A DNA stretch of 63,912 nucleotides, counting the filler, from an uncultured bacterium (GTDB taxonomy: Bacteria; DAOPZR01): assembly GCA_964637655.1 (NCBI GenBank). It is 7 parts of 7 records of this genome, joined end to end, with 100 filler letters (N's around TTAATTAATTAA, not from the genome) between each part and the next. Parts side by side here need not be neighbours in the genome. Positions count along the whole stretch, not along the records: positions 1 to 9,149 come from CAZWUZ010000156.1; positions 9,250 to 18,371 come from CAZWUZ010000157.1; 5 more parts are not named here. One strand, given 5' to 3'. Of the stretch, positions 1-13,957 are shown piece after piece; the first letter of the stretch is position 1; each line of letters opens with the position of its first letter. Under the pieces are notes generated by a model that was not told the origin of the DNA, searched no databases, and was given only the letters and a program-made list of their open reading frames with translations. The position numbers were made by a program, and so were the translations under genes.

Positions 1-1
1 C

Positions 2-517
2 GATGCCTGGCGGCGGAGCACGGCCGCTGGTTTCACCACGGCGGAAGTGGTGATGCCGGGCTTCAAATACAACCTTACCGATATCGCTGCTGCCATGGGC
101 ATCCATCAACTGGCCCGTCTCGACGAGAACCTGCGGCACCGGACGATGCTGGCGGAACGCTATTTCCGGGCGCTGGATGGTATGCCGGTACTCGCGGTGC
201 TGTCACCGACAGATTGCGGTACGCCGGCGCATCACTTGCTGGTGATCCGCCTGCGGCTCGACCGGTTGCGCGCCGACCGCAACCGGGTGGCAGCGGCCAT
301 ACAGGCCGAAGGCATCGGCGTGGGCGTGCATTTCGTCGCTCTGCCGCGCCACCGCTATTTCCGCGAACGACTCGGGTACCGGCCCGAGGACTACCCGGTG
401 GCCGACCGCGCGTCAGACGAAGTGCTGTCGTTGCCGCTGACCGCGGGAATGAACGAAACCGATGTTGACGATACCGTCGCGGCGCTCCGCAAGGTGCTCG
501 ATGCCTACCGCGCCTGA
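2..517 (+). CDS. DegT/DnrJ/EryC1/StrS sugar aminotransferase, C-terminal part (5' truncated by window)
   Basis: GFKYNLTDIAAAMG, GVGVHF and EVLSLPL motifs; frame is open from position 2. Confidence 0.9.
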   Translation, partial: DAWRRSTAAGFTTAEVVMPGFKYNLTDIAAAMGIHQLARLDENLRHRTMLAERYFRALDGMPVLAVLSPTDCGTPAHHLLVIRLRLDRLRADRNRVAAAIQAEGIGVGVHFVALPRHRYFRERLGYRPEDYPVADRASDEVLSLPLTAGMNETDVDDTVAALRKVLDAYRA

Positions 518-526
518 GCATGTGTT

Positions 527-1795
527 ATGGCCCGCCGCCTGATTCTCGGGCTCGACGGTATGCCCGGCGGGCTCTTCCGCATCCTGACTGACGACGGCAC
601 CATGCCGGCACTGGCGCGGCTCCGGCAGCAGGGCGTTCTGCGCGACCTGCAGTCGTCGCTGCCGTCGGTGTCGTCGGTCGCCTGGAGTTCGATCATCACC
701 GGGACCGGGCCGGGCACGCACGGCATCTACGGGTTCAGCGATTTTGCCCCGGATTCGTACCGGGTCATCTATCCGAATTACCGCGCCCTGCGCGCGTTGC
801 CGTTCTGGGAGCAACAGCCCGTGTTGCGCTGCGCGATCATCAATGTCCCGGCCACCTACCCGGTGCGCCCGATGACGGGCGTGCATATCGCCGGGTTCGT
901 CGCGCTCGACCTCGAGCAGGCCGTCCATCCGCCGGTACTGCTGCCGGAACTGCAGGCGCTGGCGTATAAGGTTGATGCCGATGCCGGGCGCGCGGCTGAC
1001 TCGCCCGCGGCCTTCATGGCGGAAGTCCTGCGCGTGCACCGCGCGCGCCTGGCGGCAATGCGCCGCCTTTGGGCCGCGGAGGCGTGGGACGTCTTCATGC
1101 TCGTCTTTACCGGGACCGACCGCATTTTCCACTACCTCTGGCCGGCGGTGACCGATGCGGCGCATCCCTGCCACGCGTCGATCATCGACTATTTCCGCGA
1201 ACTCGATGCCGGCTGCGGCGAATTGCTGGACACCCTGACTGCGGATGACGAGGTGCTCGTCCTTTCCGACCACGGGTTCGGCCCGCTGCAGGTGGAATGC
1301 AACATCAATATCCTGTTGCGGCAGCGCGGCTACCTGCACTATAGCGAGTCGCTGCCACGGGCGCTCAACCAGCTCGCGGACGGCACGACGGCATTCGCGC
1401 TCGATCCCGGGCGCATCTACCTGCACCGGGCCGGGCGTTTCCCGCGCGGCACGGTGACGGCGACGGAGGCGGAACCGCTGCTGAGTCGCCTGCGTGACGA
1501 GCTGCTCGCCCTGCGCTGGCAGGGGCAGCCGGTCAGCGCCGCGGTCGAGCGCGGCGACAGCGCCTATCGCGGCCCGGCAGCGGCACTGGCACCCGACCTG
1601 GTGGCTGTTCCCGCGCCGGGAGCGGAGTTGCGCGCGCGGCTGGCAGGTGACGAAGCACTGACGCCGGCAGGACGTTTTGCCGGCTGCCATACAGAAAAAG
1701 CCATGCTGCTGTACCGTGGGCAGGCGACGGTGCCGGACACCGTCAGCGTTGCCACGGTATTGCAGCTGCTGCGACTGACGGAGGAAGAATCATGA
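527..1795 (+). CDS. Alkaline phosphatase superfamily (type I phosphodiesterase/nucleotide pyrophosphatase) protein
   Basis: ILGLDG, SSVAWSSIITG..PG.HGIYGF, TDRIFH, LSDHGF and terminal GCH motifs. Confidence 0.88.
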   Translation: MARRLILGLDGMPGGLFRILTDDGTMPALARLRQQGVLRDLQSSLPSVSSVAWSSIITGTGPGTHGIYGFSDFAPDSYRVIYPNYRALRALPFWEQQPVLRCAIINVPATYPVRPMTGVHIAGFVALDLEQAVHPPVLLPELQALAYKVDADAGRAADSPAAFMAEVLRVHRARLAAMRRLWAAEAWDVFMLVFTGTDRIFHYLWPAVTDAAHPCHASIIDYFRELDAGCGELLDTLTADDEVLVLSDHGFGPLQVECNINILLRQRGYLHYSESLPRALNQLADGTTAFALDPGRIYLHRAGRFPRGTVTATEAEPLLSRLRDELLALRWQGQPVSAAVERGDSAYRGPAAALAPDLVAVPAPGAELRARLAGDEALTPAGRFAGCHTEKAMLLYRGQATVPDTVSVATVLQLLRLTEEES

Positions 1796-3278
1796 CGACT
1801 CAGCCACACAACGCCAGCTGCACCTGCTGGAACTGCCCGGCGATCGATTTCAAGGGGAATGTCGATTTCCGCGCCTGCGGACAGGAAGCGAAGAAGCGGC
1901 GCGGTGACAATGCGGCAGCCCCGGCGGAGGTGCTCGTCGAGTGCAAGCGCCGGCGTGACCTCGGCCTGTTCAACCCGGCGTCGGTCAGTTTTGCCGACTG
2001 CCCGGAATGGGAACTCACGCCTGACGGCTATCGCCTGAAGAACATGCGCGTGCTCATCCTTGGCATGGACGGCTTCCTCGGCTGGACCCTTGCGCTCTGG
2101 CTGGCCAAACGCGGCTTTATCGTCAGCGGCGCCGACTGCTATTATCGCCGCGAGTGGGTGCAGGAGAAGGGCTCGCACACGGTTGTCCCCATCGCACGCA
2201 TGACCGAGCGGCTGCATGCCGCGCGCGAGGTGCTCGGCTTCGACTTCAACTTCCGCAAGCTCGATATCCTCGACACCGCGCGCCTGCGCGAGTTTATCGC
2301 CGAGGTGCGCCCCGAGGCGGTCGTCCACTACGCCGAGTGCCCGAGCGCGCCCTACAGCATGGTCGACTACGAGCATGCCGCCTTCGTGCAGCGCAACAAC
2401 GTGCTCGGCACGCTCAACGTCCTGTTCGCGCTGCGCGACCTTGCGCCCGAGGCGTCGCTGGTCAAGCTCGGCACGCTCGGCGAGTACGGGGCGCCGCTCA
2501 CCGGCCGGCCCCTCTTCGAGGGACTCTTCCCGGCTGACGCGGTGCTGCAGTGGGGCGGCGACGAGTGGAGTTTGGGCGGCGAACTGACGCCGCGCGACCC
2601 GGTCTCGTTCTACCACGTCAGCAAGGTGCAGGACACCTTCAACGTCTACGAGGCGTGCAAGTACTGGTGGCTGCGCTCCTACGATGTTATGCAGGGGGTT
2701 ATCTATGGCGTACACACCGACGAGGTGGCTGCCGACCCGCGCCTGCGCACCCGGTTCGATATCGACGAGTGGTTCGGCACGGTCATCCACCGCTACGTGG
2801 CGCAGGCGGTAGCCGGCCTGCCGCTGACCATCTACGGGCGCGGCGGGCAGATTCGCGGGTTCATTGCCCTGCGCGACGCCATGCTGTGCATGACCCGCCT
2901 GATCTGCTGCCCGCCGGAACCCGGGCAGTACGATGTGGTCAATCAGATCACCGGGGTGTTCCAGATCCGCGAACTGGCGGAAACGGTGGCGCGGGTCGGC
3001 GCCGAATTCGGTCTGACGGTGAAGATCCAGCGCCTCGAGAATCCGCGGGTCGAAGCGGACGAACACCCGTTCTCCTGCCTGCACAGCAAACTGGCTGATC
3101 GCTTCGGTTTTGTCAGCACCGTCACCCTCGAAGAGGAAGTGCGCGAGATGTTCACCCTGCTTATGCAGCACCGCGAGCGCATCGCCGAGAAACGTCACGT
3201 CATTACGCCGGTCACCCGCTGGTCGGGGGAAAAGCGCCCGTCCGAAGTGCTCGAGGAATACACGCCGGGAGCGAAACC

Positions 3279-3282
<4 letters not shown>
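1792..3282 (+). CDS. sqdB: UDP-sulfoquinovose synthase-like SDR (SqdB/SQD1/Agl3) with an 84-aa Cys-rich N-terminal extension
   Basis: ILGMDGFLGW, SAPYSM, NNVLGTLNVLFA, LVKLGTLGEYG, SFYHVSK, QGVIYG, GQIRGF and ENPRVEA match SQD1-family motifs; ATGA overlap with upstream gene. Confidence 0.85.
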
Positions 3283-7294
<4,012 letters not shown>

Positions 7295-7295
<1 letters not shown>

Positions 7296-8539
7296 TGTCG
7301 CGATCGTGGCTGATCCTGATGATGTACTGGTTCCCCAACGAGGGGGCGACCGGGTACATCGTGCGCGACATCGCGCGCGAACTGCGCCGGCGCGGGCATG
7401 CGGTGACCGTGCTCACCTCGCGTCTGCACCGCCGTCCGGGTCGCGACTGCGCCTGGCCGGCCGCGGTGGCGCAGCAACACCGTTTCACTGATGCTGACGG
7501 CATTGCCGTGCACTGTGTCCCGGTGCTGGCGCCGGCATGGCTGCTCGCGCGGAGCCCGAACCTGTACCGCGCATTGTCGTTTGCGACCTTCGCCCTGTCG
7601 GCGCTGCTGCGCCTGCTCACGGGCCCGGCTTTCGACCGCTGTCTGGTCACCAGTTCGCCGCCGTTCGCCGGTGTGCTCGCAGCCGTGCTGGCCGGCAGGT
7701 ACCGCGGGATGAAAGTATTCTACTCCATCCAGGATCTCTATCCCGATATCCTGCAGGCCGCCGGACTGGTGCGCGACCGCGGCCTGCTCGCGCTGCTGCA
7801 ACGGGTGGAAAACTTCTCGCTCGCCGGGGTGGAACGGGTACTGGCCATTACCCCGGGCATTCGCGACCTGGTTGCGCAGCGGGTGGCCAGACCGGAGAAG
7901 GTGGTGCTGGCACCCAACTTCGTCGATGCTGATGAGGTGCGTCAGGGTTCCCGGAATAACGCCCTGGCGCGCGAGCTGGGACTGGTCGACACCTTCAATC
8001 TCGTCTACTCAGGGAATATGCTTGCCTGCCACGGGTTGGAGTTCTTTGTCGCGGCGGCGGATGCGCTGCGGGCACAGGCGGATACCGGCAAGGTGCGCTG
8101 GGTATTTATCGGCTATGGCGAAGCGGCGGCGGCGCTTGCAGCGATGGTGCGGGAGCGCGGGCTTGCCGATATCGTCCGCTTCCTGCCGCTGCAACCGCGG
8201 GAGCGGGTGCATGAAATCTACGCGATGGCGGATGCGGGAATTGTCGGCTGTCCGGGAGACCTGTTCCGGCTGATGCTGCCGTCGAAGATCGCCAGCATCA
8301 TGGCGGCCGGCCGCCCCGTGCTGGCCTACTGCCAGCCGGAAAGCGAGATTGCCCGCATGCTGCGCGACAGCGGCGCCGGGCATGCGGTCAGCACCGCCGC
8401 CGAACTGTGCGCGGCCGTGGCGGCGCTTGCCGGGCGCCGGCACTGGCAGGAGTGTGCGGACCGCGCCCGGGCGTATGTCGAACAGCACCTGGCGCAGGCG
8501 CGGGTACTGCCCGCGCTGGTCGCACACCTCGAGGCATAG
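7295..8539 (+). CDS. GT4 glycosyltransferase (WbuB-like)
   Basis: TSSPPF, IQDLYPD, YSGNM, PSKIASIMAAGRPV. Confidence 0.88.
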
Positions 8540-8548
8540 CTGACGGTC

Positions 8549-9001
8549 ATGCGGGAAGCATACATACGGCTGGCAGGAGAGGCGGAAAGCGCCGCCATGC
8601 GGTTGCCGGCTGCATTGCCGGCGGCAGCAGACGCGACAGCAGCATCGCCGGCGCTTACGGACGGTGTCCGCCGGCTGCCGCTGCTTGCGACGGGGGGCGT
8701 CAATCCCGAACTGCTGTCATTCCTGACCGGGTACTTCGACAGCATCGATTACCGGCCGGGGCGTGACCTGTTCCGGGCGATTCCCTTCCACTACCACCAC
8801 GTTCCGCCCGGCCTGCGCCTGTTGCTCGTGCGCATCCTGACCTGGCTTACCCGGCCGGCGGAACTGACCCGGCCGCCGTACCTGTTTGTCCCCGCGTGCG
8901 GGTGCTCACGCACCGCCGGCGGCGCGGGCTGTCGGATGCGCTCAATACCGGGTTCACCGCGGCGGCCGGCGCCAAACTGGTCTTCCTGTGCACGGACATG
9001 A
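8549..9001 (+). CDS. Hypothetical protein, probably interrupted at about 8890
   Basis: Follows the GT4 gene; sequence is protein-like up to ..PPYLFVP and then looks out of frame. Confidence 0.45.
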   Translation: MREAYIRLAGEAESAAMRLPAALPAAADATAASPALTDGVRRLPLLATGGVNPELLSFLTGYFDSIDYRPGRDLFRAIPFHYHHVPPGLRLLLVRILTWLTRPAELTRPPYLFVPACGCSRTAGGAGCRMRSIPGSPRRPAPNWSSCART

Positions 9002-9149
9002 CGGCACATCCCGACGAGGACATCCCCAAGCTGCTGGCCGGTCTCGACGGTGATGTCGATCTCGTCTGCGGCCGCCGGGTCAAGCGCCGCGAACTGAAAC
9101 TGCTCCTCTCGACGGTCTACAATCTGACCGGGCGCCTGCTGTTCGGGCT
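8887..9149 (+). pseudogene. GT2 internal fragment lacking its N-terminus and cut by the contig end
   Basis: RVRVLTHRRRRGLSDALNTGF..VFLCTD..DLVCGRR; no upstream DDGS motif, in-frame stop at 8764. Confidence 0.7.
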
Positions 9150-9249
9150 NNNNNNNNNNNNNNNNNNNNNNNNNNNNNNNNNNNNNNNNNNNNTTAATTA
9201 ATTAANNNNNNNNNNNNNNNNNNNNNNNNNNNNNNNNNNNNNNNNNNNN
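9150..9249. other. Artificial contig linker
   Basis: N-run + TTAATTAATTAA + N-run, 100 nt. Confidence 0.98.
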
Positions 9250-9398
9250 GCCTCGCAGAGCATCTCGCGCGGGATGGCCTGCTCGCTGACGGCGTCGGTG
9301 GCGAGGTCAAGGTCAATGCCCGGGCGGAAATCCGCCGGCCGCGTCGCGGCCGCGGCGCGCGCCCCGTACGGGGAGAAGAAGCAGCGCGCGTCAGTCAT
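9250..9398 (-). CDS. Hypothetical protein, N-terminal part (truncated by contig end)
   Basis: ATG overlaps the end of the nuclease gene; MTDARCFFSPYG... Confidence 0.5.
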
Positions 9399-10164
9399 CC
9401 GTCTCGGTGACGTCGAGCAGGTCATGCAGCGGGATGCCGCACTCAAGGTTGCACGGGCAGGAGGCGCAGTAGCAGTTCTTTTTCGCGGGGAATTCCGTCG
9501 CGGTGGCGACTTCCTCGACGAGCGCGCCCAGTTCCGCCTCGATGGCGGCCACGCTCTCTTGCGTGTAGCGCGTGGTGCTCAGCACCTGCGCGTGGCGCAG
9601 GAAGAGGAGCGACAGGCGCTGCGGGAAGACGTTGAGGCCGCGGGCGCAGCCGAGGAAGTAGACCGCGAGCTGCAGGTCCTTGTCGATTTCCTCCTGCGTG
9701 CGCAGCGTCTTGTCGCTCTTGTAGTCGACCACCTCGATGCTGCCGTCGGGATGCTTGTCGATGCGGTCGATATAGCCGCGCACGCGGTGCGCGCCGCAGA
9801 AAATCTCGAAGTACTGCTCCACCCGCCACGCGGGGCGGAACTTCCCCCCGTCGACAAAGGTCGCGTGGAAATTCTTGAGGATTTCGAAGCCGGCGGAGCG
9901 CGCCTGGTCGGCGTCCTCGGTTGTAGGAAAGGTGAAGGAGCGCCAGGCGCGGTCGAAGCAGTCGTTCATGCGCGCCGGCGACGGCTTCCGCAGGTGGAAG
10001 GTGGTGAGCAGGTCGTGGCGGTAGAAGTCCTCGAGCGCCTTGTGCAGCACGCTGCCGAGGATCATGGCGGGGGTCGGCGGCGTGTAGTGCCCGTCGATAT
10101 ACCGGTGCTTGTAGGCGAAGGGACACCGGCGGTAGAGCGCGAGTTTCGAATAACTGAAGTCCAT
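9391..10164 (-). CDS. PD-(D/E)XK nuclease, RecB/AddB/Cas4-like, with Fe-S-type cysteines
   Basis: FSYSKL..Y.RCP, GSVLHKALE, RGYIDRID, VVDYKS, QLAVY, C-terminal CYCASCPCNLEC; GGAGG SD. Confidence 0.88.
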   Translation of the reverse strand: MDFSYSKLALYRRCPFAYKHRYIDGHYTPPTPAMILGSVLHKALEDFYRHDLLTTFHLRKPSPARMNDCFDRAWRSFTFPTTEDADQARSAGFEILKNFHATFVDGGKFRPAWRVEQYFEIFCGAHRVRGYIDRIDKHPDGSIEVVDYKSDKTLRTQEEIDKDLQLAVYFLGCARGLNVFPQRLSLLFLRHAQVLSTTRYTQESVAAIEAELGALVEEVATATEFPAKKNCYCASCPCNLECGIPLHDLLDVTETDD

Positions 10165-10360
10165 GGGCTGCCTCCGTACCCCGATAGTACAACTGCCGTC
10201 TGTTGCCGTCAAGCCGTTTGCGGCATCTGCGCTGTAACATCAGCGACAGACCGCAGAAAGCTTTCAGTGCCAATTTCCCCACGGTACCCGACGGTGAGGT
10301 GGTGCCGTCCCCGCCCAAACCGGGATGTTTCACCCCGGAGGCAATCAGGTCTCCCTTGTT

Positions 10361-10471
10361 CCCCCTCTCCCGACGGGAGAGGGGCCGCGCAGCGGTAGGT
10401 GAGGGGGAGGCGTACGCCGGTCTACTTTCCCTCACCCCGCCCCTCTCCCAGAGGGAGAGGGCGAAAAAGGG
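10361..10471. repeat. REP/BoxC-like palindromes (CCCTCTCCC..GGGAGAGG), two units
   Basis: Two hairpins; first unit resembles 58891-58937 and 59061-59107. Confidence 0.8.
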
Positions 10472-10517
10472 TCTCCCGCGCACATGGCTCCGTNNNNNNN
10501 NNNGGCATACTGCGGGC

Positions 10518-11951
10518 ATGGACGCTGCCGTGCGGGAAAAACTGCGCGAATTGAGTGCTGCCGCCCCGCTGACCCCCGGGGTCTACTTCATGCGCGATAC
10601 GGCGGGTGCCATCATCTACATCGGCAAGGCGCGCCGGCTGCGCCTGCGGCTGCGCTCCTACCTGCGCGGCGACCTCGACCCTAAGACCGCGCACCTGATG
10701 GCCAAGGTGGCGGCGTGGGAGTGGCAGGAGACGGGGAACGAGATCGACGCGCTGCTGCTCGAGAGCGAACTGGTGCGTTCGGGCAAGCCGCACTACAATG
10801 TGCGGCTCAGGGATGACAAGCAGTTCCCGCATATCGCGGTGACGATGTCCGAGGAATTCCCGCGAGTGGTCATCACGCGGCGCATGGCGCAGCCGCGCGA
10901 CCGCTACTTCGGTCCCTTTCCTGACGCGGCAGCGGCCAAGCGGCTCGTGTATGAACTCAACAAGGCGTTCCGCCTGCGGCGCTGCCCGATGATGAAAAAA
11001 CGCCCCTGCCTCAACGCGCAAATCCGGATATGCCGCGCCCCCTGCACGGGCATACCCGACCCCGCCTACCGCGAGGATATCAGCCGCATCCTGCTCATCC
11101 TGCAGGGGAAGGGGCGCGACCTGAAGCAGGAACTGGCGGCGAAGATGCAGGAGGCGTCGGCGGCGCTGCACTTCGAGCAGGCGGCGGGGTATCGCGATGC
11201 GGCGGCGGCGGTCGAGGGGGTGCTGGCACAGCGCGGCTATTTCCAGGACGCGGCTGAGGGGCGGAAAATGGCGCCGACGCTGCGTCCCGCGCTGCTGGCG
11301 CTGCGTGACGCGCTCGGCCTGCCGCGGCTCCCCGTGCGGCTGGAAGGATATGACATTGCCACGGCACAGCGGGGTCGGCATGCGGTCGGGGCGCAGGTGG
11401 TGATGCACTGGGGGCGATTCGAGCGCCGGCACTACCGTCTCTACGCCATCCGCACCGTGACGGGGACGACGGACGATTACGCCATGCTGGCGGAGACGCT
11501 GACCCGGCGCTGGGGGCATCCCGAGGTTCCCTATCCCGACGTGGTGATGGTGGACGGCGGAGTCGGGCAGCTGCATGCGGCGCTGCAGGCGCTGCAGGCG
11601 GCGGGGGCGACGGTGCCGGTCATCGCGCTCGCCAAGCGCGAGGAAATCGTCTACACGGGCGCGGAAGGGCGCGAGGTGGCGCTCCCCGAGGCGGCGCGGC
11701 ACCTGCTCATCCGCCTGCGCGACGAGGTGCACCGCTACGGCAACAGCGCCTACCGCCGGCGGCATGGCAAGGCGCAGCTCGGCTCCGTGCTCGAGGAGGT
11801 CCCCGGGGTGGGGAAGAAGCGGGCGCAGCAGCTGCTGCGGCACTATGCACTCGACGAGTTACGGACACTGCCGGCGGAGAGCGTGGCAAAAAAGTGCGCG
11901 GTGCCGGAAAAGCTGGTGCTGACGGTGCAGGAGTGGCTGCGCGCGCAGTAG
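10518..11951 (+). CDS. uvrC: Excinuclease ABC subunit C (compact)
   Basis: GIY-YIG (PGVYFM..IIYIGKA..LR.RLRSY), YNVRLRDDK, UVR coil, RLEGYDI, DDYAML, VDGGVGQL, RLRDEVHR, HhH (VPGVGKKR). Confidence 0.93.
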   Translation: MDAAVREKLRELSAAAPLTPGVYFMRDTAGAIIYIGKARRLRLRLRSYLRGDLDPKTAHLMAKVAAWEWQETGNEIDALLLESELVRSGKPHYNVRLRDDKQFPHIAVTMSEEFPRVVITRRMAQPRDRYFGPFPDAAAAKRLVYELNKAFRLRRCPMMKKRPCLNAQIRICRAPCTGIPDPAYREDISRILLILQGKGRDLKQELAAKMQEASAALHFEQAAGYRDAAAAVEGVLAQRGYFQDAAEGRKMAPTLRPALLALRDALGLPRLPVRLEGYDIATAQRGRHAVGAQVVMHWGRFERRHYRLYAIRTVTGTTDDYAMLAETLTRRWGHPEVPYPDVVMVDGGVGQLHAALQALQAAGATVPVIALAKREEIVYTGAEGREVALPEAARHLLIRLRDEVHRYGNSAYRRRHGKAQLGSVLEEVPGVGKKRAQQLLRHYALDELRTLPAESVAKKCAVPEKLVLTVQEWLRAQ

Positions 11952-11952
11952 G

Positions 11953-12204
11953 TCAGGAGCGGAAGCGGTCGCGGATGAGGACGACGGCGGCCGCGGCGAG
12001 AAAGAGGCAGATGACGGCGAACATGGCGCCCAGCAGCACCTGTCCGACCGAGTAGCACCAGGCAATCTTCTGCGTGCTGCCAAGCCAGAAGAGCGCAAAC
12101 CCGAGCAGCGCGAGCGGCCCGATGACCTGCATATAGACACGGCAGACATTCCACCGTGCGGATGCCGGTACGGTTTCCGGTGCCGACTGCGGTCGCGTTT
12201 CCAT
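11953..12204 (-). CDS. Small two-TM membrane protein
   Basis: Two hydrophobic segments; TGGTATAAT 6 nt upstream of the ATG. Confidence 0.6.
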   Translation of the reverse strand: METRPQSAPETVPASARWNVCRVYMQVIGPLALLGFALFWLGSTQKIAWCYSVGQVLLGAMFAVICLFLAAAAVVLIRDRFRS

Positions 12205-12250
12205 GTCCCGATTATACCACAATCCGGCCGTATGCTACACTCGCGGTATC

Positions 12251-12880
12251 ATGCGCCTGCTGCTCTGCCTGACGGCCATTCTAATGTTGCCCGCCTGCGG
12301 CGATCCCGCCGCAGAGGTGCCGGCGGCGGTACGCGCTGCGACACTGCGCGATGGGGACATCGTCTTTCAGACCTCGCTTTCGACGCACAGCGAGGCGATA
12401 CGCCGCGCCACTGACAGCCCCTACACCCATTGCGGTGTGGTCTTCATTATTGACGGCGACACGCGGGTGCTTGAGGCGGTGCAGCCGGTGCGCTGGACGA
12501 AGTTCCGCGAGTGGACGGAGCACGGCGAAGGTGATGCGTATGTCGTGCGGCGGCTGCGCGACGCGGAACGCGTGCTGACCCCGGCGGTGGTGAAGCAGAT
12601 GCGGGCGCTGGGCGGGCGCTGGCTGGGGAAGGCGTACGACTTGCATTTCGGCTGGAGCGACGAACGTTTCTACTGCTCGGAACTGGTCTACAAACTCTAC
12701 GAGCGGACGACAGGGTTGCGCCTGGGCACGCTCAAAAAACTGGGCGATTTCGATCTTGATGATTTTGTCGTCAGGCGCGCACTCAAAGAACGTTATGGCG
12801 ACCATATCCCGCTGGACGAACCGGTCATTTCCCCCGCCGACCTGTTCGACGCCGAACAACTCGTGACCATCGGCAACTGA
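12251..12880 (+). CDS. YiiX/YebB-like permuted papain (NlpC/P60) lipoprotein
   Basis: Lipobox LPAC; GDIVFQTS, YTHCGVV, YDLHFGWSDERFYCSELV. Confidence 0.9.
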   Translation: MRLLLCLTAILMLPACGDPAAEVPAAVRAATLRDGDIVFQTSLSTHSEAIRRATDSPYTHCGVVFIIDGDTRVLEAVQPVRWTKFREWTEHGEGDAYVVRRLRDAERVLTPAVVKQMRALGGRWLGKAYDLHFGWSDERFYCSELVYKLYERTTGLRLGTLKKLGDFDLDDFVVRRALKERYGDHIPLDEPVISPADLFDAEQLVTIGN

Positions 12881-12920
12881 CTTTATCTCAGCAGGATATA
12901 CAACTTTTTCGCTGCCGCAC

Positions 12921-12951
12921 TTGACCCTCACGTAACGTCATGGTGTATACT
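12921..12951 (+). promoter_or_regulatory. MerR-type (TipA/Mta) promoter-operator
   Basis: TTGACC-19 bp-TATACT with a dyad (TCACGTAACGTCA) in the spacer, directly upstream of a MerR gene. Confidence 0.88.
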
Positions 12952-12957
12952 GCCGGC

Positions 12958-13743
12958 ATGAAGCGCAAGGAAAAATTCTTCACGGTCAAACAGGTGGCGC
13001 GCATGGCGGGCATCAGCGTGCGCGCGCTGCACCATTACGACGAGCTCGGACTGCTGCGCCCGGCGCAGCGCACGGCGGCGGGCTACCGCTTGTACGGACA
13101 GCGGGAACTGCTGCTGCTCCAGCAGGTGCTGCTCTACCGCGAACTGGAACTGCCGCTGGAACAGATACGGAAGCTCATCAAGGCGAAGGATTTTGACATC
13201 GCGCAGGCGCTGCGCGAACATCGCGCGGCGCTGCAGCAGCGGCAGGAGCAGACGGCCACGCTGCTGCAGACCATCGACACGACGCTCAGGCGCCTGGAGG
13301 AGAAGAACATGGACATGGACGAAGAGAAGGTCATCGACCTGTACGAGGGTTTTTCCCGCGAGGAGGCGCGCGCGCTGCATCGCGAGGCGAAGCAGCGCTG
13401 GGGCGGGACGCCGGCCTGGGACAAATCCATGCGGCTGGCGAAGACGATGACGAAGGCGCAGCTGCAGGAACTGAGCGTCGAGGTGGATGCGGCGCAGCGG
13501 CGGATGGTGGCACTGCGCGACCGCCCGGTGAGCGACCCGGAGATCCAGCAGCTGGTGGATGCGCATTACCGCTGGATAAAGAATTTCTGGACACCTGACC
13601 GCGATTCCTACAAGGGACTCGGGCAGATGTATGCCGACGATGTGCGTTTCCGCGCGCATTACGAGAAGTACGGGAAGGATTTCGCCGACTATCTCGCCGC
13701 TGCCATCGCGTACTACGCCGACCACACGCTCGCCGCACGCTGA
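12958..13743 (+). CDS. MerR family regulator with TipAS effector domain (Mta/TipA-like)
   Basis: TVKQVARMAGISVRALHHYDELGLL..GYRLY; C-terminal GLGQMYADDVRF. Confidence 0.93.
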   Translation: MKRKEKFFTVKQVARMAGISVRALHHYDELGLLRPAQRTAAGYRLYGQRELLLLQQVLLYRELELPLEQIRKLIKAKDFDIAQALREHRAALQQRQEQTATLLQTIDTTLRRLEEKNMDMDEEKVIDLYEGFSREEARALHREAKQRWGGTPAWDKSMRLAKTMTKAQLQELSVEVDAAQRRMVALRDRPVSDPEIQQLVDAHYRWIKNFWTPDRDSYKGLGQMYADDVRFRAHYEKYGKDFADYLAAAIAYYADHTLAAR

Positions 13744-13795
13744 CCACGCTTGCTCCGCTGCAGCACCAATGGTATCGTGCGCGGCGGGGGTCATC

Positions 13796-13957
13796 ATGGC
13801 GTGGGACTGTCCGCATAACCTCAACGGCACCTGTCAGCGGCGGCAGGCGGCGTGTGCCGTGCTGGCGCCCGGTTGCGTGCTGCGCGGGCAGGGGCTGAAG
13901 CGCGTTGTGGCGGAGAGCGTGCCGCCGGCCGACACCGGCTCCGACGCCTGCCGGTGA
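13796..13957 (+). CDS. Small Cys-rich hypothetical protein (53 aa)
   Basis: MAWDCPHNLNGTCQRRQAACAVLAPGCVLRG; stop overlaps the GTG of the MFS gene. Confidence 0.6.
   Translation: MAWDCPHNLNGTCQRRQAACAVLAPGCVLRGQGLKRVVAESVPPADTGSDACR

Noticed and set aside
9194-9205. Recurrent TTAATTAATTAA motif about every 9 kb
   Set aside because: Synthetic all-frame stop linker embedded in N-runs
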